DNA of 64,000 nt, from assembly GCA_965112155.1 (NCBI GenBank), contig OZ218113.1, one strand, 5' to 3'. The position numbers and the translations under genes are program-made. This DNA comes from Podarcis liolepis (taxonomy: Eukaryota). Shown here piece by piece: positions 1 to 9,960 of the stretch. The first letter of the stretch is position 1, and every line of letters begins with the position of its first letter. The notes under the pieces were generated by a model that did no database searches, was not told the DNA's origin, and saw only the letters and a list, made by a program, of their open reading frames with translations.

Positions 1-313
1 ACAACTATGCAACAAGACAGGCTGGATGCCTTATCTTTACTAAGTATGGAAGCAGATGTGTTACATAAGATTAGTTTTTAGGATCTGATCAAAGACTTTG
101 ACATTAGTAAAAGCAGGAGAAAATGTTTCAAATATAAAGTGAAAGTATACAAAAATAAACATTCTTTTCCATCTTAATGCAGGTTTTGTTCTATTCTGAA
201 AAATAAAAATTTATTTTACCGTTTATTATTGTTTATATTTTGAATTAGATATGTGTGGGGGCACCAGAAACTTTTAAGTGCTTAGGGCCTCTAAAGGTCT
301 TGACTCAGCCCTG
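1..313 (+). mobile_element. hAT (Tip100/ZMYM1-like) transposon right end with a decayed transposase C-terminus
   Basis: Frame +1 reads TTMQQDRLDALSLLSMEADVLHKISF*DLIKDFDISKSRR, a hAT dimerisation-domain tail with one stop. The element ends in a TIR-like ...CAGCCCTG at 313. Confidence 0.75.
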
Positions 314-426
314 ATTCCAAGCAATATCTAGAATGTAAGCAAGGAAGAAAGAAAACTTTGTGGCTAGGGGGGAACAGCCTGCCACAAAACTCATTTTTCC
401 CTTTGACTTAGCAACTTAGCCCCAAT

Positions 427-954
427 GGGGCTACCTTTGAAGGTGACCTGGAAACTACGACTAATCCAGAATGCGGCAGCTAGACTGGTGACTGGGAGCG
501 GCTGCCGAAACCACATAAAAGACCTACATTGGCTCCCAGTACGTTTCTGAGCACAATTCAAAGTGTTGGTGCTGACCTTTAAAGCCCTAAACAGCCTTGG
601 TCCAGTATACCTGAAGGAGCGTCTCCACCCCCATCATTCTGCCCGGACGCTGAGGTCCAGCGCCGAGGGCCTTCTGGCGGTTCCCTCGCTGCGAGAAGCC
701 AAGTTACAGGGAACCAGGCAGAGGGCCTTCTTGGTAGTGGCGCCCACCCTGTGGAACACCCTCCCACCAGATGTCAAAGAAAAGAACAACTACCAGACTT
801 TTAGAAGACACCTGAAGGCAGCCCTGCTTAGGGAAGCTTTTAATGTTTGATGCATTACTGTATTTTAATATTTTTTGGAAGCTGCCCAGAGTGGCTGGAG
901 AAGCCCAGCCAGATGGGTGGGGTATAAATAATAAATTATTATTATTATTATTAT

Positions 955-990
<36 letters not shown>
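427..990 (+). mobile_element. L2-clade LINE 3' fragment with an (ATT)n/(ACT)n tail
   Basis: Encodes ORF2 C-terminal motifs QNAAARLV, LHWLPV and FKVLVLTFKAL, followed by a simple-repeat tail at 935-990. Confidence 0.85.
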
Positions 991-1064
991 AAGAGGGAGG
1001 TGCTGGCTTTCACTCACACATACACAGCCAAGAGAAAAAAGCCCAGGTTGGTTGTGGGACCTAC

Positions 1065-1276
1065 CTTGTCAGAAACGGATTTCATCACCCCTTCCCCTTC
1101 CTCCTGCTCGGCCTCCTTTTCTGAAGACGATTCCTCCTCCTTGCCTGAATCCTCCTCTTCTCCTTCACTGTCTAGTTCCAGCGGCCTTCCGGGTCTCCTC
1201 CTGAGGCCGACCACTTCACCATCTTTCTTGGAGAGGTCAGAGGCTGCATCCGGCAGGTCTCGATCTCGTTCTGATT
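1065..1276 (-). CDS. SETD1B: SETD1B coding exon 10 ([10 protein letters not shown]...[19 protein letters not shown]...SVSDK); the gene continues beyond the left edge
   Basis: 212 nt, CAG/GTAGGT boundaries, phase 1 to 0. Contains the RRRP.RPLELDS motif and the start of the acidic region. Confidence 0.93.
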
Positions 1277-3011
1277 CTGGGAGTGTGGAAATGCATGAAA
1301 AAGTTGAAGAAGCAGCCAGCCATGACATTCGCAAAGGGACAAAAATGGATTCCTGCCTTAGAAAACTGAAAGTAGGTGGGTTTTTAAAAAGTGTTTTCTT
1401 TCGCTTGCTCATTTGTTAAATAAATAGATTTTAAGAAGAAAGAAAATGCAGCTAAGGAAATGTGCTCGATACTTGTGTCACCTTGAAAATATGTTACGTG
1501 TTAGGAGAAACGACATACTTGGCGTTATTCTATCTCCCATGTATATAACACACCAGAGAAGTGGGAGTCATTATGATGGGCCCTGGGTTTAGGTGGGAAA
1601 GGAGCAGCTGAATGCCACATTGTACCCCACATCCGAGTTCTCTCTCTAGAAGAAAGAGGGCAACCATGGAAGGAGGCTTTGCTATCACTGCAGCAGTGTC
1701 CTCAAGTCTAGCATTTTGGCTTTTCCTTAGGAGTCTTAGGGGCCGGTTAAATCTCGTGAAGGTTAGTTATAGGAGGATAAAGGGACTCACTCCAAAGGCT
1801 TCACAGAAAAGGTGGTTTTTGAGGGATGGATCTGAAGGAAGAGGATGCCTGTGGCGGATGGAAACATTTGGTTCTTCTGTGCACATGGGATCTGCATCTC
1901 TGGACATGCACCCTATGCAAGGATTTATTTTTCAAGACACCATTTCTGACACATTAAGAAATAGGGGAAGAAATCTCCATCCCTCAGTAGCTGAATGTTT
2001 GGGAACCTCAGAGCTTTTAATCCAATATATTCAATATGATGAAATGTTTTCAGTGCATTAGTGGCACGATCCAGTCCATGCTAAAAATAAACCACTGATG
2101 ACATTTAGGGGCAAGTAAGCCTGTGCTTATTGCTGCCACCAAGGTCCATGGGACTGCAAAGCTTAACTTGGCCGGTTGCACCCTATGAGTTTAGGAAAAA
2201 GAGGTTGAGAGTGGGCCTTGCTTGTGAGCTGCAATCTGGCTTCCTTAAATCTTTCAAGAAGATGGTATGCAATCTAGGAAGAGTTAAGTACACCAAAACT
2301 TTATCCCGGTCAATAGGGTTTAAATGCACAGCAAAGGAAGGAACTCCCAGTTCCTCTTCCTAGTTAGGTTACTGAACTCCAGCCAGGCTATGTCCTTCCA
2401 AAGCTGGCAAGAAATTGGTGCTTGAATACTGAACAACTGTGGGTGCTCAGGAAAAAAAACAAGAAAACAAAAACAACAAACTGTGGGTGCTCAGATTAAT
2501 GAAGTGCACTATGTCAAGATGACTACTACTTAATTAATTATATTAGTCCTATCATTATTATAGTAGTCATATAATTAATTATATGACTAATTAATTTATT
2601 ATTATTATTAGCCTTCTCCAAGGAGCTCTGGGAGGGCAAAGCATTTAATGACAATTAACAAGAACTGTGGGGTGTGTGTCTTTCATTTCATACTGAAATA
2701 GCATTAAACCAGTTATAACACTGAACAGCTTGTTCTTTCCATGATACAAAAATATTTTTACCGTGATTTTAGACATTACTTAATGGAACAGTGCCCATCT
2801 TAACTGCAACACTGAACACAGAGTCTTATCTGTGTTACAGATTGGTCCCACATATGACATTAAATTGCAAAAATTAGGACAAAGAGAATTTGGAACTCTT
2901 AGTTTTGTATAGAGTGTCCAGATTGAGAGACAAATCACCAGCGTGAAGATTAGAGGATTCAACAGTGTGAAACCCTTACTGTGTTTTGGAGGAAAATATG
3001 GCTTCACAAAC

Positions 3012-3099
3012 CTTCATCTTCATCATCTACCGAAGTAGAGGGACGGATTCTCTTCTGGTCTCCAGCTGAGGCAGCTTCAGGTGGCTCCTTTCTCTTCAC
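3012..3099 (-). CDS. SETD1B: SETD1B coding exon 9 ([29 protein letters not shown])
   Basis: 88 nt, CAG/GTTTGT boundaries, phase 0 to 1. Confidence 0.96.
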
Positions 3100-3138
3100 C
3101 TGCAGAAAGGACAGAATTAACCAATTTTGGGAGATGTA

Positions 3139-3670
3139 CTGTATTTTTCGCCCCATAGGGCGCACCTAGTTTTTTTTGGGGGGGGGAATAAAGGGAAAAA
3201 AATTATTTCCCCTCAGGCGCGGGGCTGGGGCAGGGGAAGCCTGAGCTTCCCCCGACCCCAGCCCCCAGAACAGGCAGCTCTCCACAAGTCGTGGGAGCCC
3301 AGCGCAAAGTCGCGCCGGGCTCCCTCGACTTGCGGATAGCTGCGCGAAGCTCGAAGCCTGGGGCGCACTGAGCTCAACGCACCCCAGGCTTTGGGATGCA
3401 GGCAGCTCTCCACAAGCCGTGGGAGCCCAGCGCAAAGTCGCGCTGGGCTCCCACGGCTTGCGGAGAGCTGCGTGAAGCCTGGGGCGCGCTCCGCTTTGCG
3501 CCCCGGGTTTCGGGATGCAGGCTACTATCCGCAAGCCTAGGGAGCCTGGCGGGAACCCCTCTCGCTCTCCAGGCTTCAGCGAAAGCCTGCATTCGCCCCA
3601 TGGGACGCACACACATTACCCCTTCATTTTTGGAGGGGAAAAGGTGCGTCCTATAGGGCGAAAAATACGG
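3139..3670. mobile_element. Tc1/mariner-superfamily (pogo/Tigger-like) MITE with GC-rich internal hairpin repeats
   Basis: TA|CTGTATTTTTCGCCCCATAGGGCGCACC ... GGTGCGTCCTATAGGGCGAAAAATACGG|TA: about 28-bp TIRs with a TA TSD. Confidence 0.85.
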
Positions 3671-4376
3671 TACTTGTTTTTAGATTTACAAGTGCTCCCC
3701 ACTTCACAGCATACAAGAACCTTACTCCCAAAAAATGACTACATGGGAGTGCCAATGTTTGCTTTCCTTTTTTGTTTGTGAACACATTTTGACTTCAGTT
3801 TGTAATTTAAAAGGCAACAGAACAATTAGACCAGTGTGAACATCAATATTGAAATTGTGTGAACATCAAAATTGCCATTGAAGCCAGTTCAAACATCTAA
3901 ATACACAGAAGTGCAAACATGTGAATTAGGAAAGTTGGAATAAGACAGAAACCTTAACGTCTTATCACCTCTTTTATTCAATCTGTTAAAGGATTTCTCA
4001 TAAAGGTGATGTTCTTCCTTACAGATCTCCAACCACTTTCCATGTTTGCATGCTTTCTCTAAACAACACTCTCCCCCCTAACTTTTCCCCATCCTTCAAG
4101 TCTTCCAGTGTGCTCTCTAAAACTCACATGGGGATAGAGGCAAACGCACCATCATAAATCAGCCAGTAATAGCATTGGTGGTGGTGTGAAGAGCCAATAC
4201 TGGGTTATTAATCATTTCTGTAAGGTTAGAGAGCTAAAAGTACAGGCAGTTTATTGGGCAAAAAGTGTGCAACAGCTGAGACATTAAAACTGTGACTCAA
4301 TTTTAACATTATTTACAGTACTATAGGAAAGCAGGGTTCATATTATGAATAACTAGATATTGAAGGCTGCTCTTAC

Positions 4377-4550
4377 CTTGAAAGATGGCAACCGGATGGC
4401 CCCGCGTAACCCAATGCCCAAGCCAATCCCCTCGTAACCCAGACCTTCCCCTTTGTTCCAGTTCTCCAGAAGACAAGATGTGATGCGGTCCTTTGGTTTT
4501 GGCTTCTCCTCATCTTTATGTTCTCCAGATTTTACTGGAGTAAGTGATGC
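4377..4550 (-). CDS. SETD1B: SETD1B coding exon 8 ([58 protein letters not shown])
   Basis: 174 nt, TAG/GTAAGA boundaries. Absent from the ORF track; translated by hand. Confidence 0.97.
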
Positions 4551-5028
4551 CTATGCAAGACAAGCAGGATTAAAAAAGAGGACACTAACACACTGGTGCA
4601 GACGCTAAAAATTGGGTGCTTGAACAAAGCAGCAGCATCTACTCATACGAAAGCTCAAATTTCCCTGAACAAGTACAGACTTAAGGTGCTCAAATCCATC
4701 AATAGCACTTATGGAACATCCCTGCTTGACTTCCATTGGAAAAGTTCAGCCTAAACAAATTCTAGGGAGGAGGCAAATGTCAAAAACATCAGAAGGATGT
4801 GCCTACTTTCCCTACTGCAGAGAGTCTATCGATTAAACTGCAAACTCTTCACCTTGCCTGGCAGAAAACAACCTTAATTTGGCATGATCCTTTTGTGGTG
4901 CAAAAACCATGTAGTTTTTCTCATGTAGGCTGTAGCCTAATATCCACATTGGGTTTTAGGAATTTGTGAAGGTCAGGCAGTGCTAAGTACACTTTTGCCA
5001 TTTGTAAAGACGTGGACATACTCTAAAC

Positions 5029-5151
5029 CAGGCACAGGCAAACTCGGCCCTCCAGATGTTTTGGGACTACAGCTCCCATCATCCCTAGCTAACAGGACCA
5101 GTGGGAATTGTAGTCTCAAAACATCTGGAGGGCCGAGTTTGCCTATGCCTG
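5029..5151. mobile_element. Palindromic hAT MITE
   Basis: TIRs CAGGCACAGGCAAACTCGGCCCTCCAGATG and its reverse complement. 8-bp TSD CTCTAAAC/CTCTAAGC. Confidence 0.88.
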
Positions 5152-5612
5152 CTCTAAGCCATGTCTGAAGTCACACAGAAATCACATACAAACATACACA
5201 GAGAGCTGCCTCAAATGAAGTCATGCATCTAGCTCCATACTGCCTACTCCAAACACAGCTGACTCTCTAGTCTAAGGTTTCAGATAAAAGACTTTCACAC
5301 CCTTACACTAGAGATCCCTTTAAAACAACAACAATAGCCTTGAGCAATAAGGAATCAAACCTGTGCTCTTATACATGCATGCATGCACTAAGCTTTGGTT
5401 CCTCCTATATAGTGCATGCATCTATCTATAAGAAAATATTTGTGAACTATGAAGTTATTATTACTGCCTTGCCATACACCTGTCATGTTACTTGTTTTAT
5501 GTATATCCAAGCCTGAACTAGGGGAAACACAGAAAGATGCAAAGAGGCAGGTGGTGCAAACTGTCTGTCATTGAAAAGCCATTGGAAAAGAGGGGTGAGA
5601 TTTGATGGTTAC

Positions 5613-6380
5613 CTTTGCCAGACGCTCTTTCTTGTCCCACCAGTCATCAAATGCCCTGAAGGCCACCACCTCCACCATCTTCCGGTTTAAATCCCTCTTC
5701 ATTATTGCTTTAAGTTCCTTCACAATCACCAAGAGGACACCATCCACAGTGGCCTTATGCGGATCTTCCTTCTTGGGCTGGTAACCCGGAGGAGGAACCG
5801 AGGGGTCAAACTTGGGCAAAGGGGGCCACTGCTGTCCACGGTTGATAGCTGCTCCCATGGAAAAGTGTCGGTAGGGAGGAAGGTTGACAAACTGCATCCG
5901 GTTCCCCATGAACGGGGGGTACTGGTAAGTGTTCTGCCCTTGCATCAAGCGGCTCAGCATTTGGGTTTGCATTTGAAAAGACATTGACATGCCTCCCCAT
6001 TGGTTGCCCAAGACACTGATCATATCTACTTGCATGAGGGGAAACATCCCAGGATGGAACGGAGGAAGTGGAGGCAGGATATGAGGGGGTGGAACCCCAG
6101 GAGGCGCTGGGAGAGGGGGAGGTGGGACAGTGACTGCGGGGTGAGTTGGGGGAGGCGGGGGAGGCAGAGGTGGAGGAGGGGGCATTGGGAAGACCGGCTG
6201 GGGTGGGGGTGGGGGAGGCAGGGGAGGAAAACCATGGGGAGGCATAGGAATTGAGGGAGCCATCACAGCTGAGTTGCCAACAGAAGTATTCACCACAATG
6301 TTTTTGGCACATTCTGTGCTTGGAGATTGGTTCATTTCATCATCGGAGATCTCCATGTCTTCCCCTGAAGACTGATGACA
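5613..6380 (-). CDS. SETD1B: SETD1B coding exon 7 (256 aa; [12 protein letters not shown], polyproline, [28 protein letters not shown])
   Basis: 768 nt, CAG/GTAACC boundaries, phase 0 to 0. Confidence 0.98.
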
Positions 6381-7146
6381 CTGTGAGGAAAAGAGAAACA
6401 TATTCTGCTTAGTCTAGGACTACAGTCCCATTAGCAAGACAAGTAAATAAAAATCAGGGAGGGGGAGTAACTTTGTCTCCTCAAGACATGTGCATCCAAG
6501 ACAACTTAGTATTTTCTTGGGAGACATTCAGTTCAACAAAACATGTAAAATCACATCTTAGGAGGTGCTCAAACTGTCAGGGGTATTTGTATATTAAAAC
6601 CTGAAGAACTTTACAAGGACATCTTAATACTTACTATTTGGACCCTTCCCCCTAACTATGAGCATTCCCAGTTCGAAATGTAACACTAAAAGCAATCCAG
6701 AAATCTAATCTGGTTTTCATCAAGTATCCGCTGATCAATTTACTACCACCAGAGGGCAGTTGCTTCCAAAAAGCAAAGTTTACAGAAAGAAATGTGCTCT
6801 TTACCAGCCTGTGGCTAAATGAAAAAGAACATGGATTTAAATCAGCAAAAGACAGCATATAATCACAAGAAACTCTCCTGTAACCCTTACCTATTCTTGA
6901 TTCTGCTTAGGAACAACTCAGGAGTCGTAGGAAAGTGAGAGAATATAAAACTGAATATGGAAAGAAGACACACAGAGCTGTCAATGGAAGTTTCATCTTG
7001 GATGGAGAAGTCCCAAGATTTTGCCCAATTTTGCCCAAGGCTACCTAACAAGTTCAGGTTAAGAGATGCTCTCACTCAACTTCAGTTTGTCCCCCGCAAA
7101 AATGGAGAAACCACCCTTTGCTGTTTCTTGCAGCAGTAGTCTATCA

Positions 7147-7283
7147 CAGGCATGGCCAAACTTGGCCCTCCAGGTGTTTTTGTGACTACAACTCCCACCC
7201 TCTCTAGCTAACAGGACCAGTGGGCAGGGATGATGGGAATTGTAGCCCCAAAAGATCTGGAGGGCCAAGTTTGGCCATGCCTG
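7147..7283. mobile_element. Palindromic hAT MITE, same family as 5029-5151
   Basis: TIR CAGGCATGGCCAAACTTGGCCCTCCAG. Perfect 8-bp TSD GTCTATCA. Confidence 0.9.
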
Positions 7284-7720
7284 GTCTATCATGTCAGAGC
7301 AAAGTGCAATGAAGTTGGCATGTCAGCTTGAAGATTAAAATGATAAAATAGCAGTAAGAGAGGAGAAAAGGCACATTTGCAAAAAAAAAAAAGGTGGGTT
7401 GCGTGTGTTTGTTGCTCAGTTCAACAAGCCCTTTAGTGAACATGCTGCAAACACTACTAGAATGAGCCTGTCCCTGGAGCAAGAACACGGCGCACAGAGC
7501 CCCACTGCCTCTCTTCCTTTTCATGGCACCCCCTCCTCCTTGGCTTACTTTCTGCCACCAATTTAGCAGCAACAGTCTCTTCTCACACATTTCAACCGGT
7601 GAGTTCCTCTGCTTCCACCCTCCCTGCCTTGCTCTAGCAAGAGAGGAGGTGGAAAGTCTCTTGAGTGAACAGAAAATGGCAGGGCCACCAGTCATGGCTC
7701 TCAGTGCCAGGAGAGAGTGG

Positions 7721-7974
7721 GATGGTAGGACCCAAACCAACAGCTTCAAGTTACAGGAAAGGAGATCCCAACTCAACACCAGGAAGAACTTTGATAGGAA
7801 GAGCTCATCAACAGGAACAGGCTCTCTCGGGAGGTGGTGGACTCTCCTTCCTCAGAGTTTTTAAGCAGAGGTTGGATGGTCACCTGTCATAGATGCTTCA
7901 ACAGAGATTCCTGAATTCCAGCGGGTTGGGCTAAATGACTGTCAGCATCCCTTCCAACTCTACGATTCTGTGAA
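7721..7974 (+). mobile_element. CR1 LINE 3' end
   Basis: CR1 3' region ending CCCTTCCAACTCTACGATTCTGTGA. Confidence 0.8.
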
Positions 7975-9112
7975 TATAGGGCCTGGAGCAATCATCCCTA
8001 TTTGCCCCCTCCAGGGATGGCCCTGGGTGGGAAAAAAGGCTCCGTTCATCTCTGCTGGAAAGTGGAACTTGAGGATAACTTGAATATAGGAAAAGAAAAA
8101 GCCTGGATAACATGCTCTGATACACAGAATGTGGGTCAAGAAACAGGCAAAAGGCACATCTTCCTGACTTGTTTTACTTATGCTATACTCTAGATTGGTT
8201 CATCTTTGCCTCTCTCTCTCCCTTACAAAAAGTTGTGTCTTTTTTTGGCAAGATCATAATGTACCAGGTGAAGCCCAGTGCAAAACTGCTGGCCTCGGTC
8301 TATGAGAATGCAACCCTTCCCATATAACGCATGGCAGCCAAAGTCCACCCCAGCTCTGTGGGCAGCTCAGAGTACCTTGGGGCATGGAAAGTGCACAGGA
8401 AATATTTTAACCAATATTTAAATATATGGGCATATTTGCCATTTGTATTCTGAAATAGGAATCACAGATGGGTTGAAGGCAAGTTGGGTGAATTAAAAGC
8501 TACCACCAAAACCTTATGAACTTTATGCAGAGGCAACATTGCAAAAGCCCCTTGTGCCTCCAACAGCTTCATGGCTGGAAACTGACCTGCATGCATGGAG
8601 GGGACAAGTTTTGCAATCCACAATTTATTTTAAGCAATACATTAGAAATATGATGGGGAAATGGGAGAGGAAGCAGGAGTGGGGAAATATACCAAAAATC
8701 AAAAGAAAGCCAGCTGGAAGGAGGAGGCTGTCAATTAAGCAGAGTTCAATTAAAATAAAATTCAGAAGGATAAAAAGCTTGTTCAAGACAAGAGAAATCA
8801 TGGAGAGTAAGAAAGAACAAATGCAGAAAGCAGGGTGTAGCCAGGGAGGAAGAAAAACAGGGTATAGGCAGAGAGCGAATGTAGAAGTAAAATGCAATGG
8901 CTTAGCTTTTTAAAATTGTTTTAACTGAAGATTAAACTTTCAGTTCATCAAGTCCTTTTAATGGATGTTACATTCAATGTGAGACACTAATGTTAATGAC
9001 AGCATGAGGTTAGGGGGAGAAGAGAGGTGGGGAAGAGAGAAGGGGGGATAGTAATTTTTTCATTATTTTTACATAGTGTATGTGCCTAGTTTTGCCCCTG
9101 CAGAAAGGCCCC

Positions 9113-9322
9113 TGTAGTAGAGCATAACAGAGTGTTGGACTAGGACCTGGGAGACCAGGGTTCAGAGCCCCACTCAGCCATAACTCACTGGGTGGCCTCT
9201 GGCCAGTCCCTGCCTCTCATCCTAACTTAGCCCACAGGATTGTTGTGGGGATTAAAAGAGGAGGGGGAGAACCATGTGCACCCCATTGAGCTCCTTGGGG
9301 AAAAGGTGGCTATAAATGCAAT
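9113..9322 (+). mobile_element. tRNA-derived squamate SINE (Squam3-like)
   Basis: tRNA-like head (AGAGTGTTGGACTAGGACCTGGGAGACCAGGGTTC) and a TATAAATGCAAT tail. Related copies lie at about 25130-25270 (-) and 44680-44960. Confidence 0.7.
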
Positions 9323-9590
9323 CCATCAGTCCTGGCCCACAGCCATCCAGTGAGCTTCAGTACAAGGTGGGAGGCCAGAATGCAGGCCTCCCTCAAAGTC
9401 CAACAAGTCTCTCTGCAACTTCTCCAAGCTGATGCCTTCCAGTTACACCACAGCTCCCACCATCCCTGCCCACTGGGCCACGCTGCCTGAGCCTCATGAG
9501 AGTTGTAGTCCCAAACATGTGGAGGGTGCCAGGTTGAGGAAGCCTGCATGACATTATCCAGATATCAAATATATTTTGGCATAGTACCTA

Positions 9591-9960
9591 TTGCTGAATT
9601 ATGGTGCTGGAGGAGACTCTTGAGAGTCCCATGGACTGCACTGCAAGAAGATCAAACCTATCCATTCTGAAGGAAATCAGCCCTGAGTGCTCACTGGAAG
9701 GACAAATCCTGAAGCTGAGACTCCAATACTTTGGTCACCTCATGAGAAGAGAAGACTCCCTGGAAAAGACTCTGATGTTGGGAAAGATGGAGGGCGCAAG
9801 GAGAAGGGGACGACAGAGGACGAGATGGTGGGACAGTGTTCTCGAAGCTACCAGAATGAGTTTGACCAAACTGCGGGAGGCAGTGGAAGACAGGAGTGCC
9901 TGGCGTGCTCTGGTCCAGGGGGTCACGAGGAGTCGGACACGACTAAACAACAACCACCAC
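9591..9960 (+). mobile_element. BovB (RTE clade) LINE 3' end
   Basis: Encodes SILKEISPECSLEGQILKLRLQYFGHLMRREDSLEKTLMLGKMEG.RRRGRQR and ends GAGTCGGACACGACTAAACAACAAC. Confidence 0.93.

Noticed and set aside
563-850. 95-aa ORF, and the related 167-aa ORF at 55463-55966, as host genes
   Set aside because: Both are L2 LINE ORF2 C-terminal fragments with simple-repeat tails.
843-1124. Poly-Leu ORF resembling a signal or transmembrane peptide
   Set aside because: It is a translation of the (ATT)n(ACT)n LINE tail.
1000-1419. Ser-rich plus-strand ORF, and similar ORFs at 5602-6254 and 20442-21493
   Set aside because: These are antisense or alternate-frame shadows of SETD1B coding exons.
3166-3781. 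Several overlapping repetitive ORFs and a repeat-spacer-like pattern suggesting a CRISPR array
   Set aside because: These are GC-rich internal repeats of a TA-flanked MITE. There are no unique spacers and no cas genes, and the context is eukaryotic.
6080-6245. Dense G-runs with G-quadruplex potential
   Set aside because: Fully explained by polyproline codons of SETD1B exon 7.
9113-9200. tRNA-like sequence
   Set aside because: It is the head of a SINE, with no complete cloverleaf and a SINE body and tail following.
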